Shown here: positions 39,118 through 48,546 of the stretch, one piece after another
Layout: each line of letters starts with the position of its first letter
Numbering within the stretch: the first letter of the stretch is position 1
NCBI GenBank assembly: GCA_963666955.1
Contig: OY762942.1
Coordinates: 297,269-361,268, forward strand
Length of the DNA stretch: 64,000 nucleotides
Direction of reading: 5' to 3'
Source: an uncultured Marinobacterium sp.
GTDB taxonomy: Bacteria; Pseudomonadota; Gammaproteobacteria; Pseudomonadales; Balneatricaceae
Translations under genes and position numbers: made by a program
The notes under the pieces: model-generated
The model's input: only the letters and a program-made list of their open reading frames with translations
Told to the model about the DNA's origin: nothing
The model's database searches: none

Positions 39118-40680
39118 TCAAATAATTTTTGCAACAATACCTGCGAGCTGAAAAGCCAGATACGGCGGTACTGCATTACCTACCTGCACATACTGTTGAG
39201 TGCGATTCCCTTCAAAAAAATAATTATCGGGGAACGTCTGAATCCGGGCAGCCTCACGCACTGTCAAGCTCCGGCATTGGGCAGGATCCGGATGTATGAA
39301 GTAGTGACCATCTTTGGAAATGTGGCTGGTCACTGTAGTCGCAGGCCGGCCATAGCGCTGTACTCTGAAGCGATCAGCGAACTTGCCACTTTTCCAGTTT
39401 GCATGCGCAGGAGCAAGTATTTTCGGGTAGTCTTCCGATTTAGGAAACGGCTTATCCGTACTTCCATATACATCAGGTTGAGCCCAACAAGCACTGAACA
39501 AGTAACGGGCGAGATCACTGTTCATATGCCCTCTTGCATGATGGTTCAGCACTTTTCCCGGCTTATCCGACAGCAGCCAACGTCTGATTTCTACCCCAAG
39601 CTCTTTCTGCCCTTTGAGTTGTTCCGGATAGTCAGTACCAATGATAGGCGCACTGTATGCAAGGTATTGCATGGTGTCCCTCATCTCATCTACTACTTTC
39701 TGATACTTAATGTTGCTACTCAGTGACGCTTCCACACCTCTGACAGCATCATGGATAACTTCACGCCAAGCATCAGAGCTGTCCTTTTGCTTAGAAAGCT
39801 TGCTACGAAGCACAGGTAACCCATCCAGAACCGCTTCAACAGGTACTTCTTCCTGCTTCACAAGTGATGATGGCGTCACCTCAGCATCTACTGCAACCCC
39901 CAACAAAATAACCCTGTGACGAGCTTGCGGTACACCGAAATCTTCAGCTCGGATGACGAAGTCGCTGATGTCTTTATACTCAGCAGCCTTATAGTCACCT
40001 CTGTCAGGTTGTTTCACAAAGGAGTAAACCCGATACTTTTTACCATTAGGGCTCTGATGAACCGCTAAATCAGGGTTCATCAGGTCTTGAAGTATCTTGG
40101 GAAAGATATGCTCGCCGTCCACTTTCGCCGACAAAATGCCTTTCACATTCTCCATGACAAATACATCAGGCTTCATGATAGACAGTACATTGAGGTATTC
40201 CCGATAGAGAAAGTGGCGATGATCATCTTTCGCTGAATATCCCACAATTCCCATATTCCTCGCACGTCCAACCAATGAATATGCTTGGCAGGGCGGCCCT
40301 CCAATCACGACCCAGGGTTCATCTTTGTATTCAGATTTCAACTCTCTCAATCGGGAGTGAATCTTGTCGTTATCATCTCCCAGAGCAGTTGGCCCACCTA
40401 ATGTCTCTTTTCGTGCCTCTTCCCACAACATCGGATGACCAGAAGTTAAAGAGGCCTTAGAAATACGCCCTTCCACATAGTCGAAATATGCAGCCGTATT
40501 GCCCTTTTCTTTCAGCAAACGGAAAAATGCACGAAGCGTCAGTGTCTTATGAGCACTCTCTTCACGCTCAACTGACATACGAATTTTGAACTCGGCCTTT
40601 TCAGACTCAAACGAGCTGAAGCCTTCACCCAAGCCACCGGGACCTGCGAATAAATCAATAATGTTTACAGTTCTTTTCAT
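39118..40680 (-). CDS. dcm: DNA (cytosine-5) methyltransferase
   Basis: 520 aa. Motif I is FAGPGGLGEGF, motif IV is GGPPCQAYS, motif VI is ENVKGIL, motif VIII is QARHRVILLG, and motifs IX/X are RSLTVREAARIQTFPD and QVGNAVPP. Confidence 0.9.
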   Translation of the reverse strand: MKRTVNIIDLFAGPGGLGEGFSSFESEKAEFKIRMSVEREESAHKTLTLRAFFRLLKEKGNTAAYFDYVEGRISKASLTSGHPMLWEEARKETLGGPTALGDDNDKIHSRLRELKSEYKDEPWVVIGGPPCQAYSLVGRARNMGIVGYSAKDDHRHFLYREYLNVLSIMKPDVFVMENVKGILSAKVDGEHIFPKILQDLMNPDLAVHQSPNGKKYRVYSFVKQPDRGDYKAAEYKDISDFVIRAEDFGVPQARHRVILLGVAVDAEVTPSSLVKQEEVPVEAVLDGLPVLRSKLSKQKDSSDAWREVIHDAVRGVEASLSSNIKYQKVVDEMRDTMQYLAYSAPIIGTDYPEQLKGQKELGVEIRRWLLSDKPGKVLNHHARGHMNSDLARYLFSACWAQPDVYGSTDKPFPKSEDYPKILAPAHANWKSGKFADRFRVQRYGRPATTVTSHISKDGHYFIHPDPAQCRSLTVREAARIQTFPDNYFFEGNRTQQYVQVGNAVPPYLAFQLAGIVAKII

Positions 40681-40923
40681 TGGGGCAGCACTAGATAGTT
40701 TGGCGGCAGGTTAATGATCTTTGCTCTAAATATCCAGGGCAGGTTGTTTAGGCAAGTTGGCTGGCATCCACCCCAAAGCTACACGCAGCAAAACATCGCT
40801 TCAATCATAGCAAGCCCACAATACTAGCCCAATCGGGGCCACGCTTTTGTGCGGTAAGATGACCTACAAACTGGATTCCACCTACAGTAGACTCAGATAC
40901 TCTGACACCCGCCCAATCAAAGA

Positions 40924-41340
40924 TCACGCAACCGCTTGATCCACTTCTGCAGCCTTGGGCCTCATCACCCGCACCCAGCGTTCTCCTGTAAACTCCACCG
41001 GGAAACCGACCCACTCCCGAAACTCTCTCAGCGTGCAGCTGCCGGTTTCGTAACTGCCGGCGCCCGCAACGGTTTTGAACACCAAAGTGCTGCGCCCCGC
41101 GTCCATGTTGTCCGGGCCATTGAGGATCTCACGCACCGCCCACTGTTGCCCCAGCAAACCGTTGCTGTAGTAGCCGCCGATTTCCAGCTTCAGGGGCAGG
41201 TGCCGGGACTGGGTGGCATGCTCTACCGCAAGATCGAACAGCTCGGCCAGCTCTTCCGAGGTCACGTCCACATAGGAATTGATCTGCTCCATGGCGGCGG
41301 CCAGGTCTTCGTGGGTCAGCATGCTGCCGTGTCGCTGCAT
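40924..41340 (-). CDS. Hypothetical protein
   Basis: 138-aa ORF with host-like codon usage, 24 nt downstream of the HPP gene. No family recognised. Confidence 0.5.
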   Translation of the reverse strand: MQRHGSMLTHEDLAAAMEQINSYVDVTSEELAELFDLAVEHATQSRHLPLKLEIGGYYSNGLLGQQWAVREILNGPDNMDAGRSTLVFKTVAGAGSYETGSCTLREFREWVGFPVEFTGERWVRVMRPKAAEVDQAVA

Positions 41341-41364
41341 CGCCGGGGTATCGTCCGCCGGTGC

Positions 41365-41940
41365 CTAACGTCGCGCCAGCACGGTGGGGTAACGACGCCA
41401 GTGGAAGAGTCCGTTGAACAGGAAGGCGACGCTGAGCATACAGAGCAGGTTGAGCAGCACCGGCGTCAGCAGGTTGAGCAGCACCGGCGTCAGCAGGTAG
41501 GTGTAGCCCAGGGCATGGATCGCATCGCCACCAACTACGGCGGTCAGGGCCGTAGCGCCGCCGGGCGGGTGGATGCAGCGCAGGTAGTGCATGGCGGCCA
41601 CGGCAAGGCCGACCGCCAGTGCCGGAGTGAGTGGACTCTCGGGCAACAGCAGTTGGCAGGTGACGCCGATGGCACCGGAGACCATATGGCCCACCAGCAC
41701 CGCCCATGGCTGGGAGAGAGCGCCGTAGGGCACCGCAAACAGCAGCACGGCGGTGGCTCCCATGGAGGCGACCATCAGGGCACCGCTGTACGATTCCAGA
41801 TACCAGTGCGAGATGAAGTAGACCAGGACCAGACTGAGCATGGCACCCTGGCCGGATATCAACTTTTCAAGATGGCTGGTGGTGTTGTCACCCAGCCCCA
41901 GCAAGGCTCGCAGCCATGACTCATCTCGTTCCAGCTTCAC
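41365..41940 (-). CDS. HPP-family membrane protein
   Basis: 191 aa with an HPPGG motif (CIHPPGGATALTAV) and four hydrophobic segments. Confidence 0.8.
   Translation of the reverse strand: MKLERDESWLRALLGLGDNTTSHLEKLISGQGAMLSLVLVYFISHWYLESYSGALMVASMGATAVLLFAVPYGALSQPWAVLVGHMVSGAIGVTCQLLLPESPLTPALAVGLAVAAMHYLRCIHPPGGATALTAVVGGDAIHALGYTYLLTPVLLNLLTPVLLNLLCMLSVAFLFNGLFHWRRYPTVLARR
41446..41493. repeat. Perfect 2 x 24-bp tandem duplication inside the HPP gene
   Basis: CAGGTTGAGCAGCACCGGCGTCAG occurs at 41446-41469 and again at 41470-41493. It encodes an in-frame LLTPVLLN LLTPVLLN. Confidence 0.9.
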
Positions 41941-42122
41941 CTTTCATCGCCTCCTCTATCCAGCCTGTTGTATCAGCCCAGAGTTGCCTTTGCCGCATGG
42001 GTGCGCTGTCTTTCGACGATGCTTTTGCCGGATGACGACCAATGGGAGATTCAGTGGGAGCAATGCTTCCAAAACATGTATTCAATATCAACCATTAAAA
42101 TATTGCGGGCTTATTTCTGACA

Positions 42123-42159
42123 ATAGATAAAACCTATCGCCCTTATCGTCATGATCAAT
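42123..42159 (+). promoter_or_regulatory. OxyR-type binding-site architecture upstream of ahpC
   Basis: ATAG-N7-CTAT-N7-ATCG-N7-CAAT. This matches the spacing of the OxyR consensus ATAG-N7-CTAT-N7-ATAG-N7-CTAT. Confidence 0.45.
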
Positions 42160-42236
42160 TTCTAAAATAGAACTCCTCTCGTTATGATCCTCCCCAGATT
42201 TGAAGACGACTTCTCAAATGTTCAGGAGATCAACAC

Positions 42237-42800
42237 ATGGGTATCGTTAACACCGAGATCAAGCCGTTCCAGGCGACTGCGTTCAAACAGGGTGAATTCG
42301 TTGAAATCACCGAAGCGGACGTGAAAGGCAAGTGGGCCGTATTCTTCTTCTACCCGGCCGACTTCACCTTCGTCTGCCCGACCGAACTGGAAGACCTGGC
42401 CAGCAAGTACGAAGAGCTGCAGGGCATGGGCGTTGAAGTGTTCTCCGTGTCCACCGACACGCACTTCTGCCACAAGGCATGGCACGACACCTCTGAAGCG
42501 ATCGGCAAGATCAACTACTACATGGTCGGCGACCAGACCGGCACCATCACCAACAACTTCGGTGTGATGCGTGAAGGCCAGGGCCTGGCAGACCGCGCGA
42601 CCTTCCTGATCGATCCGGAAGGCGTGATCCAGGCAATGGAAATCACCGCTGAAGGCATCGGCCGTGACGCTGAAGACCTGCTGCGCAAGGTGAAAGCGGC
42701 TCAGTACGTCGCCGCTCACCCGGGTGAAGTCTGCCCGGCGAAGTGGAAAGAAGGCGAAGCGACTCTGGCTCCGTCTCTGGACCTGGTCGGCAAGATCTAA
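42237..42800 (+). CDS. ahpC: Alkyl hydroperoxide reductase subunit C (2-Cys peroxiredoxin)
   Basis: 187 aa with a peroxidatic Cys in FTFVCPTE and a resolving Cys in EVCPAKW. Confidence 0.95.
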   Translation: MGIVNTEIKPFQATAFKQGEFVEITEADVKGKWAVFFFYPADFTFVCPTELEDLASKYEELQGMGVEVFSVSTDTHFCHKAWHDTSEAIGKINYYMVGDQTGTITNNFGVMREGQGLADRATFLIDPEGVIQAMEITAEGIGRDAEDLLRKVKAAQYVAAHPGEVCPAKWKEGEATLAPSLDLVGKI

Positions 42801-42877
42801 ATCCGACCGCTTCTCGCCGGTTGGCACTGACCGGCAGAAACGTCCGGCACAGCACGTATCGCCATGCTGTGCCCATG

Positions 42878-42901
42878 CGCCGCCCTTCGGGGCGGCGTTT
42901 T
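42878..42901 (+). terminator. Rho-independent terminator after ahpC
   Basis: CGCCGCCC, loop TTCG, GGGCGGCG, followed by TTTT. Confidence 0.7.
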
Positions 42902-42933
42902 CGTATCTGCGCCCTGCCCGCGTACCGCACATT

Positions 42934-42970
42934 ATTAATAAAACCTATCGACCTGTTATGTACGATTAAT
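42934..42970 (+). promoter_or_regulatory. Second, weaker OxyR-like site upstream of ahpF
   Basis: ATTA-N7-CTAT-N7-TTAT-N7-TAAT. It shares the 13-mer ATAAAACCTATCG with the ahpC site (42127-42139 versus 42938-42950). Confidence 0.3.
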
Positions 42971-43102
42971 TTCAAACATTAATCATGGCTGGTTAAGATG
43001 GTTCCATATTCGAGCTGAGCAGCACCGCCGCAACAGGAGATCCACGGGGCGGACGCCGTTCAAATACTAAGACCTGATTTTGGCATTGAAGGAAGACGAA
43101 CC

Positions 43103-44641
43103 ATGTTGGATGCAAACCTGAAACAGCAGTTGAACGCTTACCTGCAGAACATCGTCGCTCCGATCGAGCTGACCCTGACCACCAATGACAGCGCCAAGTC
43201 CCAGGAACTGGCCGAGCTGACCCATGAGATCGCCGCGCTGTCCGACAAGATCAGCGTCAAGGCCGGTAACGACCGTCGCGCGCCGAGCATGGCCGTGGGC
43301 GCCGCCGATGCAGCGCCGCGTATCAACTTCGCCGGCATTCCCATGGGCCACGAGTTCACCTCACTGGTGCTGGCGCTGCTGCAGGCCGGTGGCCACCCAT
43401 CCAAGGCCGATGCCGAGCTGCAGGAGCAGATCCGCAACCTGAAAGGCGAGTTCCACTTCGAGACCTACATCTCGCTGTCGTGCCAAAACTGCCCGGACGT
43501 GGTCCAGGCGTTGAACCTGATGGCGGTGCTGAACCCGAACATCAGCCATACCATGATCGACGGCGCCCTGTTCCAGCAGGAAGTGGATGAACGCCAGATC
43601 ATGGCCGTGCCCTCCGTGTACCTGAACGGTGAGCACTTCGGTCAGGGCCGCATGACGCTGGCCGAGATCGTCAACAAGCTGGACAGCGGCGCTGCCGAGC
43701 AGAAGGCCGCCGCGCTGAACGAGAAGGACCCGTATGAAGTGCTGGTCGTGGGCGGTGGCCCGGCCGGTGCCTCGGCAGCGATCTACGCCGCGCGCAAGGG
43801 CATCCGCACCGGTGTCGTCGCCGAGCGTTTCGGTGGTCAGGTGATGGATACCGTCGGCATCGAGAACTTCATCTCCGTGCCCTACACCGAAGGCCCCAAG
43901 CTGGTCGCCAGCCTGGAGCAGCACGTCAAGGAATACGATGTGGACGTGATCACCGAACAGTCCGCCACCAAGCTGAAAAAAGGCGAGCTGATCGAGGTGG
44001 AACTGGCCAGCGGCGCAACATTGAAAAGCCGCAGTGTAATCCTGGCCACCGGTGCCCGCTGGCGTGAAATGAACGTGCCGGGCGAGCAGGAATACCGCGG
44101 CAAGGGCGTGGCCTACTGCCCGCACTGCGACGGCCCGCTGTTCAAGGGCAAGAGCGTGGCGGTGATCGGGGGCGGCAACTCCGGCATCGAAGCGGCGATC
44201 GATCTGGCCGGCATCGTGAAAGATGTGACCGTGCTCGAGTTCTCCGACACCCTGAGGGCCGATGATGTACTGGTGAAGAAGGCGGAATCTCTGGCCAACG
44301 TGACCATCATCAAGCAGGCGATGACCACCGAGGTACTGGGCGACGGCAACAAGGTGGTCGGTCTGAAGTACAAGGATCGTCAGACCGAGGAGACTCATGT
44401 AGTCGATGTGGCCGGCATCTTCGTGCAGATCGGCCTGGTGCCGAACAGCGAATGGCTGAAGGACAGCCTGGAACTGACCGAGCGCGGCGAGATCGTCATT
44501 GACGGCCATGGCGCCACCTCCATGCCGGGCGTGTTCGCCGCAGGCGACGTAACCAACACGCCGTACAAGCAGATCATCATCTCGATGGGATCAGGTGCGA
44601 CCGCCGCACTGGGAGCCTTCGATCACCTGATCCGCAACTAA
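43103..44641 (+). CDS. ahpF: Alkyl hydroperoxide reductase subunit F
   Basis: 512 aa with an N-terminal thioredoxin-like CxxC (CQNC), a redox-active CxxC (CPHC), and FAD/NADH GxGxxG motifs. Confidence 0.95.
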   Translation: MLDANLKQQLNAYLQNIVAPIELTLTTNDSAKSQELAELTHEIAALSDKISVKAGNDRRAPSMAVGAADAAPRINFAGIPMGHEFTSLVLALLQAGGHPSKADAELQEQIRNLKGEFHFETYISLSCQNCPDVVQALNLMAVLNPNISHTMIDGALFQQEVDERQIMAVPSVYLNGEHFGQGRMTLAEIVNKLDSGAAEQKAAALNEKDPYEVLVVGGGPAGASAAIYAARKGIRTGVVAERFGGQVMDTVGIENFISVPYTEGPKLVASLEQHVKEYDVDVITEQSATKLKKGELIEVELASGATLKSRSVILATGARWREMNVPGEQEYRGKGVAYCPHCDGPLFKGKSVAVIGGGNSGIEAAIDLAGIVKDVTVLEFSDTLRADDVLVKKAESLANVTIIKQAMTTEVLGDGNKVVGLKYKDRQTEETHVVDVAGIFVQIGLVPNSEWLKDSLELTERGEIVIDGHGATSMPGVFAAGDVTNTPYKQIIISMGSGATAALGAFDHLIRN

Positions 44642-44668
44642 ACCGAGTTAACCTCTCTCTTCCTTCTT

Positions 44669-44692
44669 GCCGCCCTTCCGGGCGGCTTTTTT
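44669..44692 (+). terminator. Rho-independent terminator after ahpF
   Basis: GCCGCCC, loop TTCC, GGGCGGC, followed by TTTTTT. Confidence 0.75.
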
Positions 44693-44710
44693 CGTTGTGG
44701 ATAACCGGCG

Positions 44711-45904
44711 TCAGGTCATCGACAGCAGCGCCGAGACCAGCTTGTTGTTGTCATACTGCTGCGGGCGCTGCGGGTCGGTCAGGTCCATGTCCACCAGCTG
44801 GATACCCAGCGCATCGAGGCGCGCCTTGAAGGCCGCGTCCACGCCCGTCAGGAAACGGCTGTCGAGCAGCACGATATTGAGCAGGCGTGATACGGCCACC
44901 GGCTCATCCTGGTCGGCCTGCAGGTAGTCCAGCAGCGTCTCCACCTGCCGCTGCGGCGTCATGTCGTACTGCTCCGGGTCCTGGCCCAGGTTGGGGACAT
45001 ACACCTTCGGGCAGGGGTTTTCGGCCACCGAGGCACCCACCCGGTCCACCAGCAGGTTGGCCATCAGGCTGCTGTAGAAGCTGCCGGGCGGATAGCAGAT
45101 CAGCTCGGCGGAGGCGAGCAGCTTGCGGTTGGACTTGCGCAGCTTGGAACCGGACGGTTTGGGTTCCTGCTGGGAGTGCACCAGTTTCAGGCGTTCGACC
45201 CGGCTGCGGATCGGCGCGACCTCCTTGCCGGTAAGCAGGTGCTGGCCCACCACGCGGCTGCCGTCTGCCAGCTGCGCCATCAGTTGACGCTCATCGCCGG
45301 AGATGGCGCGCACGACGCCGCGCACGTTCACCAGTTGCGAGAACAGGAAGATGATCGGGTCCAGCGAGCGGTTGTTGTTCAGATAGCCGCCGGTAAGGAT
45401 CAGGTTGCCGATACTGGCGCCGCGCAGGTCGAAGTCAGCCGGCATCGCCTGCTGAAAATAGCCCAGATGATTGCAGATCAGGCTGCGCATCGGGTTGGGA
45501 ATGTCCCGCACCAGCGGATCCTTGCCCTGTACCAGCCGGGTCAGTTGTGTGCGCAGATTGGCATCATCCGCCACCTTGGGCATGCGGTAGCTGAACAGCT
45601 TGACGATCTCGGGATGCCCCAGCACGGTCTCGTCGGCCAGCGCCATCAGGCGTGAACGCAGATCGCCCACCGCCGGCATATCGAAGGCCCCACGCAATAC
45701 GGCGGAGCTGCCGCCGGAATCGAAGGTCGACACCAGGTGGATGGAGTTGTGCGTGTACTGCTTGAGCGTGCGCGACAGCCCGTTCAGGGCGGAGCCCCCG
45801 CTGAAAAACAGGATCCGCGGCCCCAGTTCGGGCAGTTTGCGGTAGCGGGTCAGCTTGAGTGAATCCGGTATGTTGACCTGATGGGTCATGAGTATGCGTG
45901 GCAT
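44711..45904 (-). CDS. CofD/YvcK-family (UPF0052) protein, GAK-system CofD-like type
   Basis: ORF 44711-45949. Start at MPRILM preferred (GAGAGGA upstream). Has the N-terminal motif ILFFSGGSALNGLS and TFDSGGSS. Confidence 0.85.
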   Translation of the reverse strand: MPRILMTHQVNIPDSLKLTRYRKLPELGPRILFFSGGSALNGLSRTLKQYTHNSIHLVSTFDSGGSSAVLRGAFDMPAVGDLRSRLMALADETVLGHPEIVKLFSYRMPKVADDANLRTQLTRLVQGKDPLVRDIPNPMRSLICNHLGYFQQAMPADFDLRGASIGNLILTGGYLNNNRSLDPIIFLFSQLVNVRGVVRAISGDERQLMAQLADGSRVVGQHLLTGKEVAPIRSRVERLKLVHSQQEPKPSGSKLRKSNRKLLASAELICYPPGSFYSSLMANLLVDRVGASVAENPCPKVYVPNLGQDPEQYDMTPQRQVETLLDYLQADQDEPVAVSRLLNIVLLDSRFLTGVDAAFKARLDALGIQLVDMDLTDPQRPQQYDNNKLVSALLSMT

Positions 45905-46019
45905 GCTGTCCTCTCTTGCGGCGGGCTGATCTCTTAACAGCCCCGTCATGTCCCTGTCATGTTACGGTCGGGGGCATTAACGTATAGTGACACCCGAATT
46001 TCTGCAGCAGCCGGCATCC

Positions 46020-47657
46020 ATGAGTGCGTTAAGTCAAATCATACAGGAAAACCTCCACTTTCTGGTCAGCGAGGTCGAGACCCAACTACAGCAACTGGTC
46101 CGGTTTTTCCGTGAGCCCTCGGCCGCGCCGCTGGCCACGCTGGAATCCCGTCGCGGCTATGTCGGCAACCTGCGCATGCGTGTCCAGCGCGAGACCATCC
46201 GCCTGCTCAGCCGCAGCCGCAAACCGGCGCAACAGGAAGTGCGCATGCGCGCGGTGGACAACCTGGCCCGCTCGCTGGAACAGCTCACCGATGCCGCCCG
46301 CAGCTGCCTCGGCGAGTTCATCAAGCCAACCGACACCGACCGGCCCCCGCCGCCCAAGCGCAAGCAGTTTCGTCGCCTGATCAAACGGATCTCATCGGCG
46401 CTGGAGCTGGTGGAACCGGGCCTGTTCGAGGCCGACGCCCATGCCGCCGTGCGCCTCAAGCAACGCACCGACCGCATGCTGCAGACCTGCGATGAGCTGC
46501 AGGCCGAACTGATCAGCGATGCACCCGCCGATCAGCCCGCTGCCCGGCTGCCGGCCCTGTTTGCCTGTTATGCCCTGCGCCAGATGGTGCAGGCGCTGGA
46601 GCAGATCGCCGAGGCGATACTGTCGGCCAACCTGGGACAGAGCTTCAGCCTGTCCAACCTGTCCCATATCCGCCAGGCCGCCGCCCAGCTGCAGAAACCG
46701 CTGAAGAAGCTGGAGTTCAACACCCTGGCGGAAACCCGCTCGGGCAGCGCCATCGCCGGCATTCGCCAGAACGGCTCCAACCGCTATCTGGCGATCTACA
46801 AGGAAGGCGACCCGAACAAGGTGGTGGAAGAGGTACAGGGTGTAGAGAGCTGGCACGCGATCTACCCCGGCCTGGCCCCCCGCATTCTGGGCCATTCCGA
46901 GAAGGACGGCTCGGCGTCCATGCTGATCGAGCACCTGCCCGGCCAGACCTTCGAATCGCTGCTGTTCGCCGAAGATGAGGTGTTGCTGGACCAGGCCAGC
47001 CGTCAGCTGATGCGCACCCTGCGCAGCCTCTGGCGCGAAACCCGGAACCCCGGGGCGGAACCGGCCCAGTTCATGCGCCAGCTGGGCAAGCGGCTGCCCT
47101 CGATCCTGGCGGTGCACCCGGAGTTCGACCGACCACGCCAGCAGATCTGTGGCGAGACCCTGCCGTCGCTGCAGACCCTGGTCGCGACCACGGCCGCCGT
47201 GGAGGCGCGCTGCCCGCCGCCGTTTTCGGTCTACATCCACGGCGATTTCAATGTGGATAACATCATCTACGACCCGGCGGAGAAGCGGATTTTCTTCATC
47301 GACCTGCACCGCTCCCGCTATCTGGACTACTGCCAGGATATCTCGGTGCTGATGGTGTCCATCTACCGCCTGCAGATACTCGAGCGTGACCGCCGCCGTC
47401 GCCTGATGGCCGTTGCCCGGACCCTGTTCAATGCCTGCCGTCGCTTTGCGCAACAGCAGAAGGACGACACCTTTGACCTGCGCCTGGCGATTGGCCTGGC
47501 GCGGTCGTTCATCACCTCGACCCGTTTCATTTTCGACAAGTCTCTGGCTGGCCGCATGTACCTGCGCGCGCTCTATTTGATGGAGCGGATCAGCGCCGTC
47601 AAGGCCGGCGAGGAGACCCGTTTCAAACTGCCCCTGAAGGAGTTGTTCCTTGAGTAA
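46020..47657 (+). CDS. Two-domain protein: helical N-terminal region plus APH/choline-kinase-like phosphotransferase domain
   Basis: ORF 45987-47657. ATG at 46020 preferred. Kinase-type motif VYIHGDFNVDNIIYDPAEKRIFFIDLHRS. Confidence 0.7.
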   Translation: MSALSQIIQENLHFLVSEVETQLQQLVRFFREPSAAPLATLESRRGYVGNLRMRVQRETIRLLSRSRKPAQQEVRMRAVDNLARSLEQLTDAARSCLGEFIKPTDTDRPPPPKRKQFRRLIKRISSALELVEPGLFEADAHAAVRLKQRTDRMLQTCDELQAELISDAPADQPAARLPALFACYALRQMVQALEQIAEAILSANLGQSFSLSNLSHIRQAAAQLQKPLKKLEFNTLAETRSGSAIAGIRQNGSNRYLAIYKEGDPNKVVEEVQGVESWHAIYPGLAPRILGHSEKDGSASMLIEHLPGQTFESLLFAEDEVLLDQASRQLMRTLRSLWRETRNPGAEPAQFMRQLGKRLPSILAVHPEFDRPRQQICGETLPSLQTLVATTAAVEARCPPPFSVYIHGDFNVDNIIYDPAEKRIFFIDLHRSRYLDYCQDISVLMVSIYRLQILERDRRRRLMAVARTLFNACRRFAQQQKDDTFDLRLAIGLARSFITSTRFIFDKSLAGRMYLRALYLMERISAVKAGEETRFKLPLKELFLE

Positions 47658-48546
47658 TCTGCGTATTGGTGTTGTCGGCATTCCCGGCAAGTGGTCTACC
47701 GAAGCCCTGGCGGACGCCATCGAAGCCCGCACCGGCTACCGCCTGGTGATCGATATGGCCGAGGTGGAGCTGCAGCTGGACAGCAACCGGCTGCTGTATC
47801 GCGGTGTCGACCTGAACACCCTGGACGCCCTGGTGGTGAAAAAGATCAGTGAGGTGTACACCCCGCATACGCTGGACCGCATCGAACTGCTGCGCCATGC
47901 CGAACAGGCCGGGGTCCGCGTGTTCAGCCCGACGCGCAGCCTGCTGCAGTTGATCGACCGCCTCAGTGGCACCCTCGGTCTGGCGCAGGCCGGCATTCCC
48001 ATGCCGCCCACCCGCGTCACCGAATCCCTGCCCGCCGCCCTGCAGGCGGTGCAGGACTTTGGCAGCGCCGTACTCAAGCCGCTCTATTCCACCAAGGCGC
48101 GCGGCATGACCCTGGTGGATGCCGCCGATCCGACCGCCCCGCGCCAGCTGGAAGATTTTGCGGCCAGCAACGCCATGCTCTACATTCAAAAGAAACTGGA
48201 CCTGTCCGGGCGCGATCTGGGCATGGTGTTCGTCGGCGGACAGTATCTCTGCACCTATGCCCGCGTCGGCAGCCAGGGGGCCTGGAACACCACCATCCAC
48301 AGCGGCGGCTGCTATGAGCGCTTTGAACCCGATGCCGAGCTGATCGAGCTGGGCCGCAAGGCCCAGGCCTGCTTCGAACTGGACTTCACCACCGTGGATA
48401 TCGCCCTGACCGATGCCGGACCGGTGGTGTTTGAAGTCTCCGCCTTCGGCGGTTTCCGGGGCGCGCTGGAAGGCTGTGGCGTGGATGCGGCGGCCGCCTA
48501 TCTGGACTGGATCCTGCAGACCCTGGAACAGGAGCGCTCATGCTGA
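47650..48546 (+). CDS. RimK-like ATP-grasp ligase (GAK-system ATP-grasp type)
   Basis: 298 aa with a TTG start that overlaps the upstream gene by 8 nt. Layout is ATP-grasp-like (…AVLKPLYSTKARGMTLV…). Confidence 0.8.
   Translation: MSNLRIGVVGIPGKWSTEALADAIEARTGYRLVIDMAEVELQLDSNRLLYRGVDLNTLDALVVKKISEVYTPHTLDRIELLRHAEQAGVRVFSPTRSLLQLIDRLSGTLGLAQAGIPMPPTRVTESLPAALQAVQDFGSAVLKPLYSTKARGMTLVDAADPTAPRQLEDFAASNAMLYIQKKLDLSGRDLGMVFVGGQYLCTYARVGSQGAWNTTIHSGGCYERFEPDAELIELGRKAQACFELDFTTVDIALTDAGPVVFEVSAFGGFRGALEGCGVDAAAAYLDWILQTLEQERSC

Noticed and set aside
39019-39726. 235-aa plus-strand ORF in the island.
   Set aside because: It is antisense to the 3' part of the well-supported dcm gene and has no motifs. 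Judged a shadow ORF.
33614-40816. Imperfect direct repeat CAATCAT-CAAGCC (33614-33626) versus CAATCATAGCAAGCC (40802-40816), bracketing vsr through dcm.
   Set aside because: It is only 13 matching nt with a 2-nt indel, and no integrase or recombinase is nearby. It is too short to distinguish from chance and is not claimed as an att site.
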